Shown here: in pieces, positions 33,601 to 45,700 of the stretch
Numbering within the stretch: position 1 is the first letter of the stretch
Layout: the number at the start of each line of letters is the position of its first letter
Assembly (NCBI GenBank): GCA_043228905.1
Contig: JBHGNT010000008.1
Location: 6,758,001 to 6,822,000, forward strand
Direction of reading: 5' to 3'
DNA: 64,000 bases
Source: Azolla caroliniana
Taxonomy: Eukaryota; Plantae; Polypodiophyta
Program-made: the position numbers and the translations under genes
Notes under the pieces: model-generated
Databases searched by the model: none
Told to the model about the DNA's origin: nothing
The model's input: only the letters and a program-made list of their open reading frames with translations

Positions 33601-34504
33601 GATCTCTCCGTCTATGTCATGATCTTATTCTTTCTTCTTCTCCTCTTGAGCTAAGCTTCCAAAACATATCTTATTCTTTCTCCTCTACTCCCTAGTCCGA
33701 GACCCCTGTGGTCCCGCCCCTTCTACACACACGCACGTAACAACGCGACACCGGTCGGACTCGTGTCTACGGTTACGTAAATCGGAATGTTTTTGTCGTA
33801 GACTACTTTCCGGAGCGCCGGCGCCGCGGCAAGTGCTTCTTTCATTTTCCGGACCGACTCCGCATGCTCCCTGCTCCACTCGAACATGCGCCCTTTCTTC
33901 AACAACCCGTAGAGTGCCTTCGCGATATGGGCGTAATGGGGGATCCAAATGTGGTAGAGCACGCAAGCTCCCAAGAATCTCCGGACTTCCGTTACCGACT
34001 TGGATTCTTCTTTCATCACGGAAATGGCTTCAACCTTTGCCATAAGGCCTACACAAATGACCAACGACCATGATTTCCGACTGTCCGAAAGCCGATTTCT
34101 CCCCGGAGAAGGTGAGTCGCGCCTCTTCCAGCCTTCGTAGCACCTTCTCGCAGTCTCTGATGTGGTCCGAAACGAATCTCCGACACCGGTCCGGTTCGAT
34201 CGTTTCGTCCTTACCCTCCATCGGACATCCCTTGATCAGAATGTCATCCGAAAACGGCATGGTGATGTCCGGAATGCAATCCCTTAGCACCTTGTTCATC
34301 GCATTCACTATGTGCGCTACCGAGTTTGTCCCCCCTTGCGGGAGGGTACACATCTGCACTAGGCCGAGAGGAGTCCACATCGTCGTAATATCCCTACTCT
34401 CTACGGCTAGTTGGAATTGGTCGTACCCGAGTACAGATCCCCGGCCGAGTAAATCGAACTTCCGGTGAAGGCTTCAGCGAACTCGTCAATGGTCGGACCG
34501 ACTC
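30689..34504 (-). mobile_element. 5'-truncated non-chromovirus Gypsy element J (RT, RNase H, integrase, 3' LTR)
   Basis: 3' LTR 30689-31333 (TGTCG...CGACA) and PPT tcctcccccacct; RT GDLYSG, LPQGGTNSVA, FSDDILIKG; RH VDTSPTGIG, KRELWG; IN AYNPEANEKLERGH; ends abruptly inside RT. Confidence 0.88.
33221..33750 (+). mobile_element. Solo LTR K (TGTCG...CGACA) inserted in J RNase H
   Basis: 4-bp TSD ccga/ccgg (33217-33220 / 33751-33754); removal restores DTSPTGIGWV; TATA tataaaa 33371-33377. Confidence 0.85.
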
Positions 34505-34596
34505 CTACTCCTTGTCTCTCTCACTCTCTCTCTCTCTCTCATACACACAGTTCATATCTATTCCGCTACACAGAATCCATCTCTTGATTCTTTACA
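34505..34596 (+). repeat. 3' end fragment of an L-family LTR
   Basis: Near-identical to 45601-45700 (tactccttgtctctctc...gaatccatctcttgatt.tttaca). Confidence 0.8.
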
Positions 34597-35056
34597 TTGC
34601 GAAATAAACCCATAATCAGGTGGGATGCGTAATAATTGTCGCGCTTCAATAAACTCCAAAATTCTTTGAGATGAAGCCTCAACTATATCTCCCACCTCTT
34701 TGACCCCCAAATGAAACAATTAAATTGAGAGCGCAATCTCTCCTTTCCTGGGCAACATAATAACCGAGAAGACACAAGTAACTCTTTTTGCAAAGAATTA
34801 CAATCCTCTCTACTAGATGATGGTTTCTATACACATAACAAGATTGCTTCTTGCCATGAAGTAACCAAGTGTTGAACACATGAAGAGCCCCCCCCCCCCC
34901 CCCCCCCCGCCCCGCCCTCTCTCTCTCCATCAGATAGCATGCTTATAGTGTCGAAAAGGCTTAGGTAGAAAACTTGTCCCCACATATGATGAATGGGGGC
35001 AAACTTTAGTTCTATCTTCTTTCTTTCAATTTGGTCATGAAGGAAATTGTGAGAAT

Positions 35057-35102
<46 letters not shown>

Positions 35103-35106
35103 TAGA

Positions 35107-35177
35107 TGGATGTATCTGAGTTGGTACGATTGCCCAATGGAGACCAGGTGGTCATGGGTTCAACCCCTACATTCCAC
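35107..35177 (+). other. tRNA-derived relic / SINE-head-like sequence
   Basis: A-like TATCTGAGTTGG 35113-35124, B box GGTTCAACCCC 35157-35167 (44-nt spacing); ggatgta...tacattcc residual acceptor-like pairing. Confidence 0.5.
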
Positions 35178-35235
35178 AGTGGCATCTAGTGAATTAAGAG
35201 ATATATAAGAAGTATATAATAGGAGGTGAGGAAGT

Positions 35236-35295
35236 TGGGTTTCAAACCCAGAACGCAATGCTTGTAGTGCTAACAACTTACCTCTAGGGTAAGGT
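35236..35295 (-). other. Second tRNA-like relic, convergent with the first
   Basis: Minus strand TACCCTAGAGGTAAG ... GGTTTGAAACCC, box starts 43 nt apart. Confidence 0.4.
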
Positions 35296-35329
35296 AATTG
35301 CGATAAAAAGAGAGAGAGAGAGCAAATGT

Positions 35330-38300
35330 GTATTTTCTATTAATTGATTCTTCATTAGCTACATTTCTTATATATTGTTGAAGGTTGCTAAACATTCACT
35401 TCTTCATTTCAAGGGATATGAAAGGGTGCATTTATTTTTATAATAGTAAAATACTAAAATAAAATAATAGTAGAACGTTTTCTACATTATAACTATTCTA
35501 ACACCTCCCCTTACTCTAAAACATTTTAGTTCTTTGGCTTTCCTAGATAGAGGTCAATTTAATACAATGTTTTTTTATCTGACATCGGTTTAGTTAATAA
35601 GTACGCCCATATTATTGTTGTTCAAGTATAATGTAGCAACAATTCTTTCGATTCCACCAATTCCCTAATAAACTGATGTCTTGCTCGAATATGCTTATTC
35701 TAATCGGTGATCTTAGGATTTGTTGCTAACTTTTTGCACAATTGGTTGTTACAAAATATCTTCATTTCAGTGAGCTTAAGGATGACAAGTTCTTCAATTA
35801 TGATTTTAATCCATAATCCTTCTTGGGCCATTTGATCGGTTGCTATGTAATCAAATTTAGTGTTGGAAAGAGCTAAATGTACTTGTGGTTTTCTTTCCAA
35901 GAGATTGTAGCACTACCAAATATAAAGACCATGCCTAATGTTGAGCTTGAGACCCATATCCTTGGTATATTGGAGATATCGTAGAGCAATTTTAAGAGCT
36001 TGCTAATGTGCAAGTTCAAGATTTTGCATAAACTTGGAAAGAAATCTGACACAATAAGGAACAAAATACCTTATACCACCTAAAATTTAGCAATAAGGGA
36101 CTAATTGCATAACTTGTTAGATTCCTCAATTGACATCATGCTATTATTTGTTGAAAGTTTGCATGGAACCGTCATAGGGGTCGAGATTGGCTTGCAATCA
36201 ACCATCTCAAACTTTTCAAGAATATCCTCCACTAATTTTCATTGTGCAAGGTTAGAGTTCCTTCTATACGATTGTGAGTACCTTCATCCCAAGATAATAT
36301 TCGAGAGTTCCAAAATCTTTCATGTGGAACTTCTCCTTAAATTGATTGATTGTCTTGCATAGGGAAGTTATAGAATTGGAAGCAATTGGTAAATTATCAA
36401 CGTAAACGCCAATAATTACATAGATATTGCCCTCCTTGTGAATGTAGATATTTGGCTATGGTTGAAGCCAATGGAAACAAAATAAGTGTGTAATTTGAAA
36501 TGCCCAACACGCAAAGACATTTTTAGACTATATAATGATTTGTGAAGTTCGCAAACATTGTCTCAGAATTGTGGATCTAAAATATAAGTTAATTGCTCTA
36601 TAGAAATCTCCTCGTCCAATTGTCCATGTAGAAAAGTCATCTCAATGTCGAGATGATAGAGTTCCACGTTAAAACTAGCAGAAATAGATAAGAGTTCACA
36701 TAGAGGCATCACCTCCAAGGTAGATGCAAATGTATCTTTAAAATCTATGCCCAAATTTTGTGAAAATCCCCTAGTAACAACAAGTGCCTTAAATCAAACC
36801 ACAACATCATGGGCGTTAGTTTTCTTGATAAGGACCATTTTCTTGAAATGCTATTGCGATCTTTACGGCATGAAACTAAGGTCCAAGTCCTATTCCAATT
36901 TAAAGTATCCATTTCTGCTTGCATTGCAGCCTCCTATTGAGTTGCATCGAGACCATGAAGGGCCATCGTTGTGGTTCATTCAAAACTTGAGCATGATCAT
37001 CCATATTTTCATAATTAATATTGTCAATGTCTACATCAACAAATAAAATTTCAATTGGTTGAGTCATCTTCATGAGTTCATTAATATTCTTAAACTTTGA
37101 TTTTAGGTTTTCTTGATATTAATTGTTGGAAATACTCCTCTTCATCCTTAAGCTTTGAGTTCGGTGGAGTACTATGATTTAAGCACTTCGAAAAAGTTGT
37201 TGTAAGCTCAAATTTGTTGCGAGAGTCATCCTTATTAGTTCCTCCAAGGTCATTGGAGTTATCACCAAATTTAGGAGAAAAATCAAGAGATGACAATGAC
37301 AACAAAATGTGGGTTGTAGTAGATGGTTGTTGTTCATCGGATTGGGCTAGATGCATGTAGTTCATCGAATGTAGTCCATTGGTAAATTTGATAGTCGTCC
37401 ATCATCTTCATCTTGACATGGTTGATTTTCATGGTAACGACATGCACTCAATTTGAATGGAATTTGATGATGGAAGAATTGATCTTGTATAATCATCAAT
37501 AAAAAGAGATAAAATATTTGTTTTATCGTCCAACGATGTGATCAACATTGGTCAACACTAGTTAGAGTGAACTAATTGTAGTGATCTTTTTATTTTACTT
37601 ACATTGTGGGAATTTTTCACGACGTTGTTTGTATAGATGCAACCTTCACATAAGGATAATTACCTAAAAGGTGGTATTAGAATTCCTTCAATTATATTGT
37701 GTATTGGACCAGTTTTCATTGATATTGGGTTCAAATGACCAAGGACATAATGTCAAAGCAAAGTGGCATCAATGATGAGGTTTCTAAGTATTATATGAGC
37801 TTTGATTGGTGTTTCACCCATCATTTGAAGAGGATAAAGGAGGCCAAGTTTGGACATGAAGTTTTTAAGATTACACATGTAGGTAGTTGGTGCCAAATAA
37901 TAGCACAATTTGAATGAAATTCTATCATAGTTCCAAATTGATTGTAATTTTTTTGTTATACTTGGAACACAAAGGTCATTTAGGATATTCATCGACCTTG
38001 TTTGATTGATGGAAATATGCACTTCTCCTTTTCCAATTGCAACTTTTGTACCTTTGTCTCCAAACCGAACTCGCTTATGGAAGATTTTTGTAATTCTAGA
38101 GCAAGTTCTTGTTGTGAGTGAGATGGTGTGTTGCGATAATATCAAGGAACCAAGTATTTGACACATTCAAAAGTTTCACTATTGCCATGTAAGCTTCTAT
38201 TTTGTTTGATCCACTTTTGTCTTTTGTTTGTGTTTCTTTTATCTCAACTTGAATGCTTGTATGAATTATTTTTTTCCATCTTCATATTCTCTACTATTAG

Positions 38301-38800
38301 ATTATAATGAAGCATTGATTGCATGTGGAAAGAATATTCTCCCTTTTCCATTTTGCTTGTATTGTTTCTTTCGACACTCATGTTCAATATGGCTTGATTT
38401 GTTGCGATATCTACAAATAATTGTAGTCATGCTGATCACTCCTACTCCTTGAGGTGGCTTACTCCTTGGATAATAATTCTAGAGTGCCTTCGGCTTGTGT
38501 TAATTCCTAGGGTGTCTCAAGGGCGTTGCCATTGCCATGTTACTTGCGTCTATTTGACCATTTGGTTTCTTTCATTGTAGTTTAGCTTGCCTGATTTTTG
38601 CAATGAAGGTTTGAAGATTGAGGTCCTCGTTCCTATAGATGCTCACACATATGATCAATGATTTTGGCAAGCAACCGATGTTGCGAAGTTACGTGCATGC
38701 ATTCGTGTGAAATGTAAAGGTCAAGGACATCGAACTCCAAATTAGTGGGTGCTTTGAATTGTAGGTCAATTGTATGTTGGTATTTGTCGACGATGGAGGT
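35330..38800 (-). mobile_element. Old, highly degenerate Copia element M
   Basis: PPT cctcccc next to ...ctaaca at 35503; RH (ALSNTK, FCNNQ, NPKI), RT (YVDN, LDIEMTFLHG), CEGCIYTK, WFLD protease, CRYRNKSSHIEHEC knuckle; integrase core apparently missing; ends uncertain. Confidence 0.75.
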
Positions 38801-40478
38801 AGGTTTTCAGTTATTAATATAATTATCTCTGTATTTAATTTATTAATTAGGTTACTATTAATTTAATTTGTTAATTTATTTACTATTATATTAATTAATT
38901 AAACTAATTATTTGCTTAATTAAATAATAATTTTAATAATAATGTTATTGCTTTTACTAGTAAATATATTCGCTCGGTGCTCCAAATCGAGATCCGAAAA
39001 GTCCGCCACGAACCTCATGTGATGAAGGGGCTTCCGGTATTATTGACATGAGATCAAATTCCGGGTTACTCATTACAATTAAACTTGGATTTTATGCCAC
39101 TTCCGCACATAACCTTATATGTCCTCTCAAAAAAGCCGGAAAATTCCCGGGACTGCGATGCTCGTGGCGAAAGCCTTTCATGCCAAAATCCATATTACTC
39201 TCATATACTCAAAACAAAGGATATTGGCACAAAATAGCTAGCCAAATGAATAAATAAATAAATAAATAAAATTATACTAAGATTTTTGGTGAGCAATAAT
39301 AGTAAGTGCATAAAAATTGACCGGACCTTAGACTTGTATGGTTAAAAGAAGGATTAGAAGTATTGTAACAGAAGAAATGACAAGCTTGGCTTATATATAT
39401 ATATATATATATAGGATTAAAAGCATTGTAACTATTGTAAACTAACAGAAATGATCAGCTTGGGCTTATATGATTTAAAAATCATTTCTCACCTTCATTA
39501 TTAATTAACAGGGGGGACACTGTCAAAGCATTACCGGCCACAGATCTAACAAGCCAACTAATTATCACAAAACTTATCATCATCAGCAAGGCTTGTGTGG
39601 GGCCTCATAATCAATCGGAGGCGAAATGAAGAAGAAATTCCTGGCATCTCTTTCTCTCTTTTAAAAATCTCTTTTGTTGTTTAGTAGAAATAGTAAATAG
39701 TAACTCTGCATTTTTATTTTGTCATGATGACCTCCTCAATGGAAAGACCGTGTCCTACAAAAATGATTTTTTGACTCTGATATTATTATTTTTTCCTGTA
39801 GGAAACTTGGAGTTTTTGTATTTTTGTGTTTTTGTTTCTCCTATAAAATTCTATTAGTAATGTTGAGGATAAGTCTCTGTTTTGATTTTCGTGGTAATGA
39901 TGTCTTCTCAATGGAGCTATGATTCCTGATCATTTATGGATTCAATTATATTGATCTACACAATATTTATAGAAATCACCCATATTTTGCCAAACCAACT
40001 GTAACACACGCAGTCTGCTTCTAAATTTGGTCCACTTTACATGAAAATTGTCAAAAACCAGATCATACTCCGAGTTTATAAGAGATTAAGTGACAAAAAC
40101 AGATCATGGATATAAGAAGCTATGTTGAAATAGATCAAGTGAATGATCAAGGTTTTCTTGAGTGGATCAGACATATCTATAGAGTAGAGCAATCGCATCT
40201 CCAACATGGCCACGAGATTCACACATCTACAAAACAACATCTAATTGGAATCAATCGAGAATCTACGATGAAGTTTATACCGACATGCATCTGTCTGTCT
40301 GTCTGTCCTTTTTGTGTGGATCTGACATGGACATGGTGATCAATGATCTCCTCTTGATCTATCCATTGAAGGTATGGTATGGCTTTATTTTAATTGTCAC
40401 TTCATACAATTAATTCCTTGACACATTGTCAATGGAGGTGTAGTACCTATTGAATCGATCTATGTGATTGTGGCGACA

Positions 40479-40829
40479 GAATGCTAATGTTAAGGAGGGG
40501 TTGAGTTAATCTCCATCTTTTCAAAAGATCAAATGTCATTGTTGTCAAATCTTAATGAGTTCAAAAGCATGCTAATGTTTAGGAGGGGTTGAATTAATCT
40601 CCATGTTTTCAAAAGATCAAATGCCATTGTTGTCAAATCTTAACGAGTTCAAAAGAATACTAATGTTTTGGAGGGGTTGAATTAATCTCTATGTTTTCAA
40701 AAGATCAAATGCCATTGTTGTCAAATCTTAATGAGTTCAAAAGAAGGCTAATTTTTAGGAGAGGTTGAATTAATCTCCATGTTTTCAAAAGATCAAATGC
40801 CATTGTTGTCAAATCTTAATGAGTTCAAA
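40479..40829. repeat. 88-bp tandem repeat, four copies
   Basis: Units start at 40481, 40569, 40657 and 40745 (atgctaatgtt.aggaggggttgaattaatctccatgttttcaaaagatcaaatgccattgttgtcaaatcttaatgagttcaaaa). Confidence 0.92.
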
Positions 40830-42648
40830 TATTGAGGTCCCTTAGTTCCTCTACCATAAGGAGGGACACAACACACTACATGTTCCTGGATCTTGACCTC
40901 TCCTTCATATAATTTACACTTGATCTTATATAATTAATCATCTTTAGTTGGATCACTAATGACAAGGCATTGGGTTAAATATATAGTTAAAGTGGGGATA
41001 GTGACCGTCGATCCATCCTATCGCAATGTATCCTTTTTCATTAGTAGTAATGTACTGGAAATAGAATATAGTCATTGGACAGAAATAAGATTTGAATTTT
41101 CGCAGGTTGGATCAACAATTGGAGGAATGATAGATGAAACTACCAAAATCCAGATCCAAATTTGAGTTATATAATGGGATTTGGGTACATTTTAGGATGG
41201 AGGAGAAATTTCACAAAGAATGAGCATTCGTTTGTTGCGATTCCTGATTGATAAGAGCAATGCGACCCATTATTCGAATGATTGCACTACACATGCTTTA
41301 TGCTAAAATGGTAAGCAATGATCTAATGTTCTTAAATTAGGTTAATGGTTTAATGTGGATGTTTTAATTAAATCTCTTTCAATTGATGAAGAGTTCATTA
41401 CATGACATTGTGTCATTAGGCCAAAACAAGAGAGAATTGAGACCATATGCATTGACATAGAATTAGAGCTGATAGTGTCAATTGTTTGTAGCCTAACCTA
41501 ACAAAACGTTACATTAGGTCAAAACAAGAGAGGATTGAGGCCATATGCATTTGGCCATGAGATCATGAGTGGACGTAAGAATTAGAGCTAAGTACACTTA
41601 TTTAATAAACTAATACATTCACAAAATATTTGCCCATTTCCAAAGGAAAAAAGAAAGGTGTACAAATGGGGAATAATCATAAACATTGATAATATATATA
41701 TATATATATATATGTAGAAAACAGTTCTATCATCAATGTTTTACAATGGGTGGTAGTACTAGGCTTTATAGAAGTGTTAACTAATATTTATTTGTTTTAA
41801 GTTTTGCTCCATATACTCAATTTATTTATTATATTTTCCACATAATTACTCGCCTAATTTATCCTAGCGCCATGACATTTCTAAAGTAACAATGAGTTTT
41901 TCGAATGATTCCACGAGACATGCTTTATGCTAATGGTAATGAGAATGTTCTTAAATTAGTTTCTAATGGTTTAATGTATATGTTCTAATTATCTTTCATT
42001 TTATTTGTGTTTGGCATGACATTGTGATAGTCCATGCATGATAGATCATTGCGTGCAATACTTCGCAAAAATAACACTCATAATCTATAATGAAGGTGTC
42101 TTCACAAAATTATTAACATTGATTGATAAACATGAACCGACATAAGTGATGAAAACAATATTATATTGCCTTTGAAGAAGGCAATGCGATTAAAGTTTCG
42201 AGATTTTCAATCATTTTCTTCTCCAAGCTTTTCATAACCTAGGAGGTTTCTAATTGTATATTTCCCTCATCATATATTGAAGATTGCCTTAAAATGGACT
42301 TGACATGAAATTTATATGCACATATTAGCATATTCACAAACTTTTAATCTTTAAGCTAATGACACTAGATGAAAGAAGCCTTGAAGTAGATGGAAACAAT
42401 AGATCCCCATCTTGAAACAATAGTCGATGGCCGGAACTATTTGGCAAGTAGCTCAACACTAGAAAGTGCTTGGCATTAAGGTTCTCCCAACTGAAAACAA
42501 AAGAAGTGCTTTGGATGGAACTCTCTAGGTGTGGAAATGGGGAACATTCCCAAGATAACCTCTCTTGTACCGTGGGGAAAAAGCAATGGTTAGAAAATGA
42601 TTTAGTCATTGTGTTGCTTCAGACAACCATATTGCGAGAAAGATGGAA

Positions 42649-42695
<47 letters not shown>

Positions 42696-42849
42696 ATGGG
42701 CCTACCTATAAATGGGTGTAGCTTAGTTGATATAAGGTTGTTCAATGGAGACAAGAAGGTCAAGTGTTCAAACACCCTTAACATTCCACCATGGTGTATT
42801 TTTTCTATCAAATTAAGTATGGAGTTAATTAAATAGAGAGGTGAGAAAG

Positions 42850-43010
42850 TTTGGGGTTCAATTTCGGGTTACCCGGTTTGGAAGTTTTCGAACTTGAACC
42901 AAACTGCCTTAACCAGTTTGGCCAAACCCGGTTCAGTTCGGCTTGAGCCTTGCCAAACCGAGCTCAAACCGGTTTACGAAGCTCAGGCCTGAACCAAACC
43001 GAACTGCCAA
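42850..43010. repeat. aaccgaac/ggttc motif cluster, possible DNA-transposon subterminal relic
   Basis: Repeated gaaccaaac(c)g and ggtt motifs in both orientations; no TIR or TSD identified. Confidence 0.35.
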
Positions 43011-44029
43011 AGAAAGAAAATTAAGAAAGAACGGGATCAGGGAGAGAGAGAGAGAGAAACATGATCAAGAACGAATGAATCCGGAATAGGAAATGGGAGA
43101 CCGATTCCGAATTTGCGTTCATTTTTGCCTGCATTTCTCTGTGCATTTTCAACACACCCCACCCAGCATCGCGTAACAAATCCTAATAAATTTATTTATT
43201 TTTGCCAGAAACTCCTTTCGTTTTAATGTTTTCTAAATGTTTGGAAGATAGTTTTAATTTTGGTTTGATGTAATTTCATCATGAACAATGTAAATTTATT
43301 TCTTTTATCTACAATTTAAGCTCTATAAAAAAGCACGAGCACTTAATAGAATGGCTCACTTAAGTGGGCACGCACTTAACCGAATGGTTACTTGTTATAG
43401 TACAATATCACCACCACCTTCGCTCAGACAGAAGGTTGCCACAGCAAAAGAAACAATGACCTAAGGTTTATCGGCTCAAACCGTCAAACCGTTTCTGGCA
43501 GAAGGCTCCAGTCTTTCTTCTCAGAAAACAGCATTCAGCAGACCAAAAAAGACTGAAGAAGGAACCGAACAGACGCTTCGCAGCCCAAATCTAGGTATTT
43601 CTTCCAAATGCAAGATGAACTGCTCCCCATCGGGTGTGTCAGTCAGATCAGGAGGTTTTTCGAGAATCGCCATAGTTTCATCCCTGTAAATCATGCAGGA
43701 AACACTGGGAACTCTCTCTCGAATCTGTTATTGACCTAACCTAACAGATCAGGAACCTTTTGGAGAAGCGATATAGTTTGATCCCTGTAACGGATACAGA
43801 AAACACGTGGAGCTTTCTCGATTTTGTTCTTAACTTCTTGATTGTTTCAATTGTCTATAACCTAAGAAAACAGATAATTAAGAGAGAATTGAGGCCATAT
43901 GCATTGCCCATGATATCATGAGTAGACATGATATGGCTATGATGCAGATCTGTCACAAAAATCTGCTTGCTGCATGTCCATTCATGCGATTGAGCCTTCT
44001 CCAATAAAGAAAAGAGACATATATAGACA

Positions 44030-44030
<1 letters not shown>

Positions 44031-44085
<55 letters not shown>
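44031..44085. repeat. (TA)n microsatellite
   Basis: Uninterrupted TA run. Confidence 0.95.
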
Positions 44086-44087
<2 letters not shown>

Positions 44088-45305
44088 TAATCAAGTTATA
44101 TTTGCTGTTTCTCTGCGAATTTTATTCCATGAGTAATGAATCAAAAAATTGTAGACAATGGGAAGGTTTTCATTAGTGTTTATCTGCTCTATTTGAAATC
44201 CCTAATGCTTGAATCTTTTCAGGCTAATACAAGAGTGCGCGGATCGAATCTAATACAAGGATGGAGGGAAGTTCAAAAAACCAGGTGGCAAAGCCTGCAA
44301 ATCCGAATCAGAATAACAATGGGTAACTAACTACATTCAGCCTCTGTTTTCTAATTGTAGGGAAAAGCAACATAATAGAGAGATTCAGACTGGTATACAT
44401 AATTACCTACTTACATACAAACATATATATATATATATAGATCAATAGATATATGTATGCATGTAAGTGAGAGAGAACCATTTTCTTTTAATTTTTCATG
44501 AGTTGGTACATAGACCAAGGTTATATCTTTAGCATGGAACTACTCCATTACATAATATAGTGCACTAGAATATGGGATTTAGCCAAAGGCACTTTGACTA
44601 TAGATATAAATATGCAAGTAGGAGATGGTTTGCTGAAGTGACAAATCATACATCAATAATCTTCTTGAGCCTAACGCACCACATCTACACCACATATCAC
44701 CCCTATGACTTTGTTGTGCTTACATTTTTCCTCTCACTTATATGTTGTCTCCTTATGACAATTTTTTCCTCTTTTAATGCTTCTTTTAACTCAAATCTTG
44801 TTTAGGCACTCATTTGTTTCTAATGAAGCTTTCTTACATTTTTCAATCTCATCTTCAAGTTTAGAAACCATTTTCTTAAGACCTTAATTCTCAATAACAA
44901 AGATTTGTAATTCAATATTCTCCCTCAATAGTATCCTAATCTCTCCACCTTGCTTATTTATGGTTTCTTGAAGAGAAATCAAGTGACTCATAAGAATTTT
45001 CTCCATTGTGGCTGAATTTGTTTTAGTTGGTTATATTCACTAATTATCTATCATACTCTCGAACTATGTGGCCTTCTTACGTGTTGTTGAGATACAAGGT
45101 CAACATTGGGTGCATAAACGGGTGTGTAACCCAGTGTGTAGATTGGGTGCGTAAAACCGTACGCACAACATGGCCGTAGCGGTGCGTAAACCAAGAGACC
45201 GTTGGAATGTTATTCCTTGTAAGGAATAATTTTGGGAGTTATTATAGAAGGCTCATTTACGAGCAGTCAAGTACTGTTAGTACTTGTGTCATCCCAATAG
45301 TCAGG

Positions 45306-45700
45306 TGTTGAGAATCAAGCTCAACTTGGTCTAGTGTGTGAACTCACCTTGAGAGTGAATAGACACTCCAACGGTCAAGAGCCACCATTATGTCACCACT
45401 TTGTATTCTAGCATTTAGTATGAGTCATAGAATCGTATTCTATGACACATAACTTATGAGCTTTCACATTCCCCATGCTCCATGAGTCTTGTAGTTAATG
45501 AAGAGAGAGGGTGACTATATAAAGCACCCTCCTCCCACCTTGTATATGTTGAGTCTTTCTCCTTTGTTAATATAATCTACCTTGCGTATACTCTATGTCT
45601 TACTCCTTGTCTCTCTCACTCTCACTCTCTCTCTCTCTCATACACACACACAGTTCACACCTATTCTGCTACATAAGAATCCATCTCTTGATTTTTTACA
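45306..45700 (+). mobile_element. Solo LTR L inside the 5' LTR of I
   Basis: tgttgag...tttttaca; flanks cagg/tagg; removal restores agtcagggcttgtataaaagg as seen in the I 3' LTR. Confidence 0.85.

Noticed and set aside
34888-34916. Poly-C/G tract as a functional G-quadruplex (also 55174-55189)
   Set aside because: Homopolymer length is unreliable in assemblies and there is no supporting context.
40479-40829. CRISPR array
   Set aside because: 88-bp head-to-tail repeats without spacers in a eukaryotic context.
44323-44392. 38-nt intron plus 32-nt micro-exon
   Set aside because: The intron is shorter than typical plant introns and the exon phase does not fit the next candidate exon.
44780-45010. 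Coiled-coil-like minus-strand frame (MEKILMSHL...)
   Set aside because: Short, interrupted by stops, no assignable family; possibly a TE relic.
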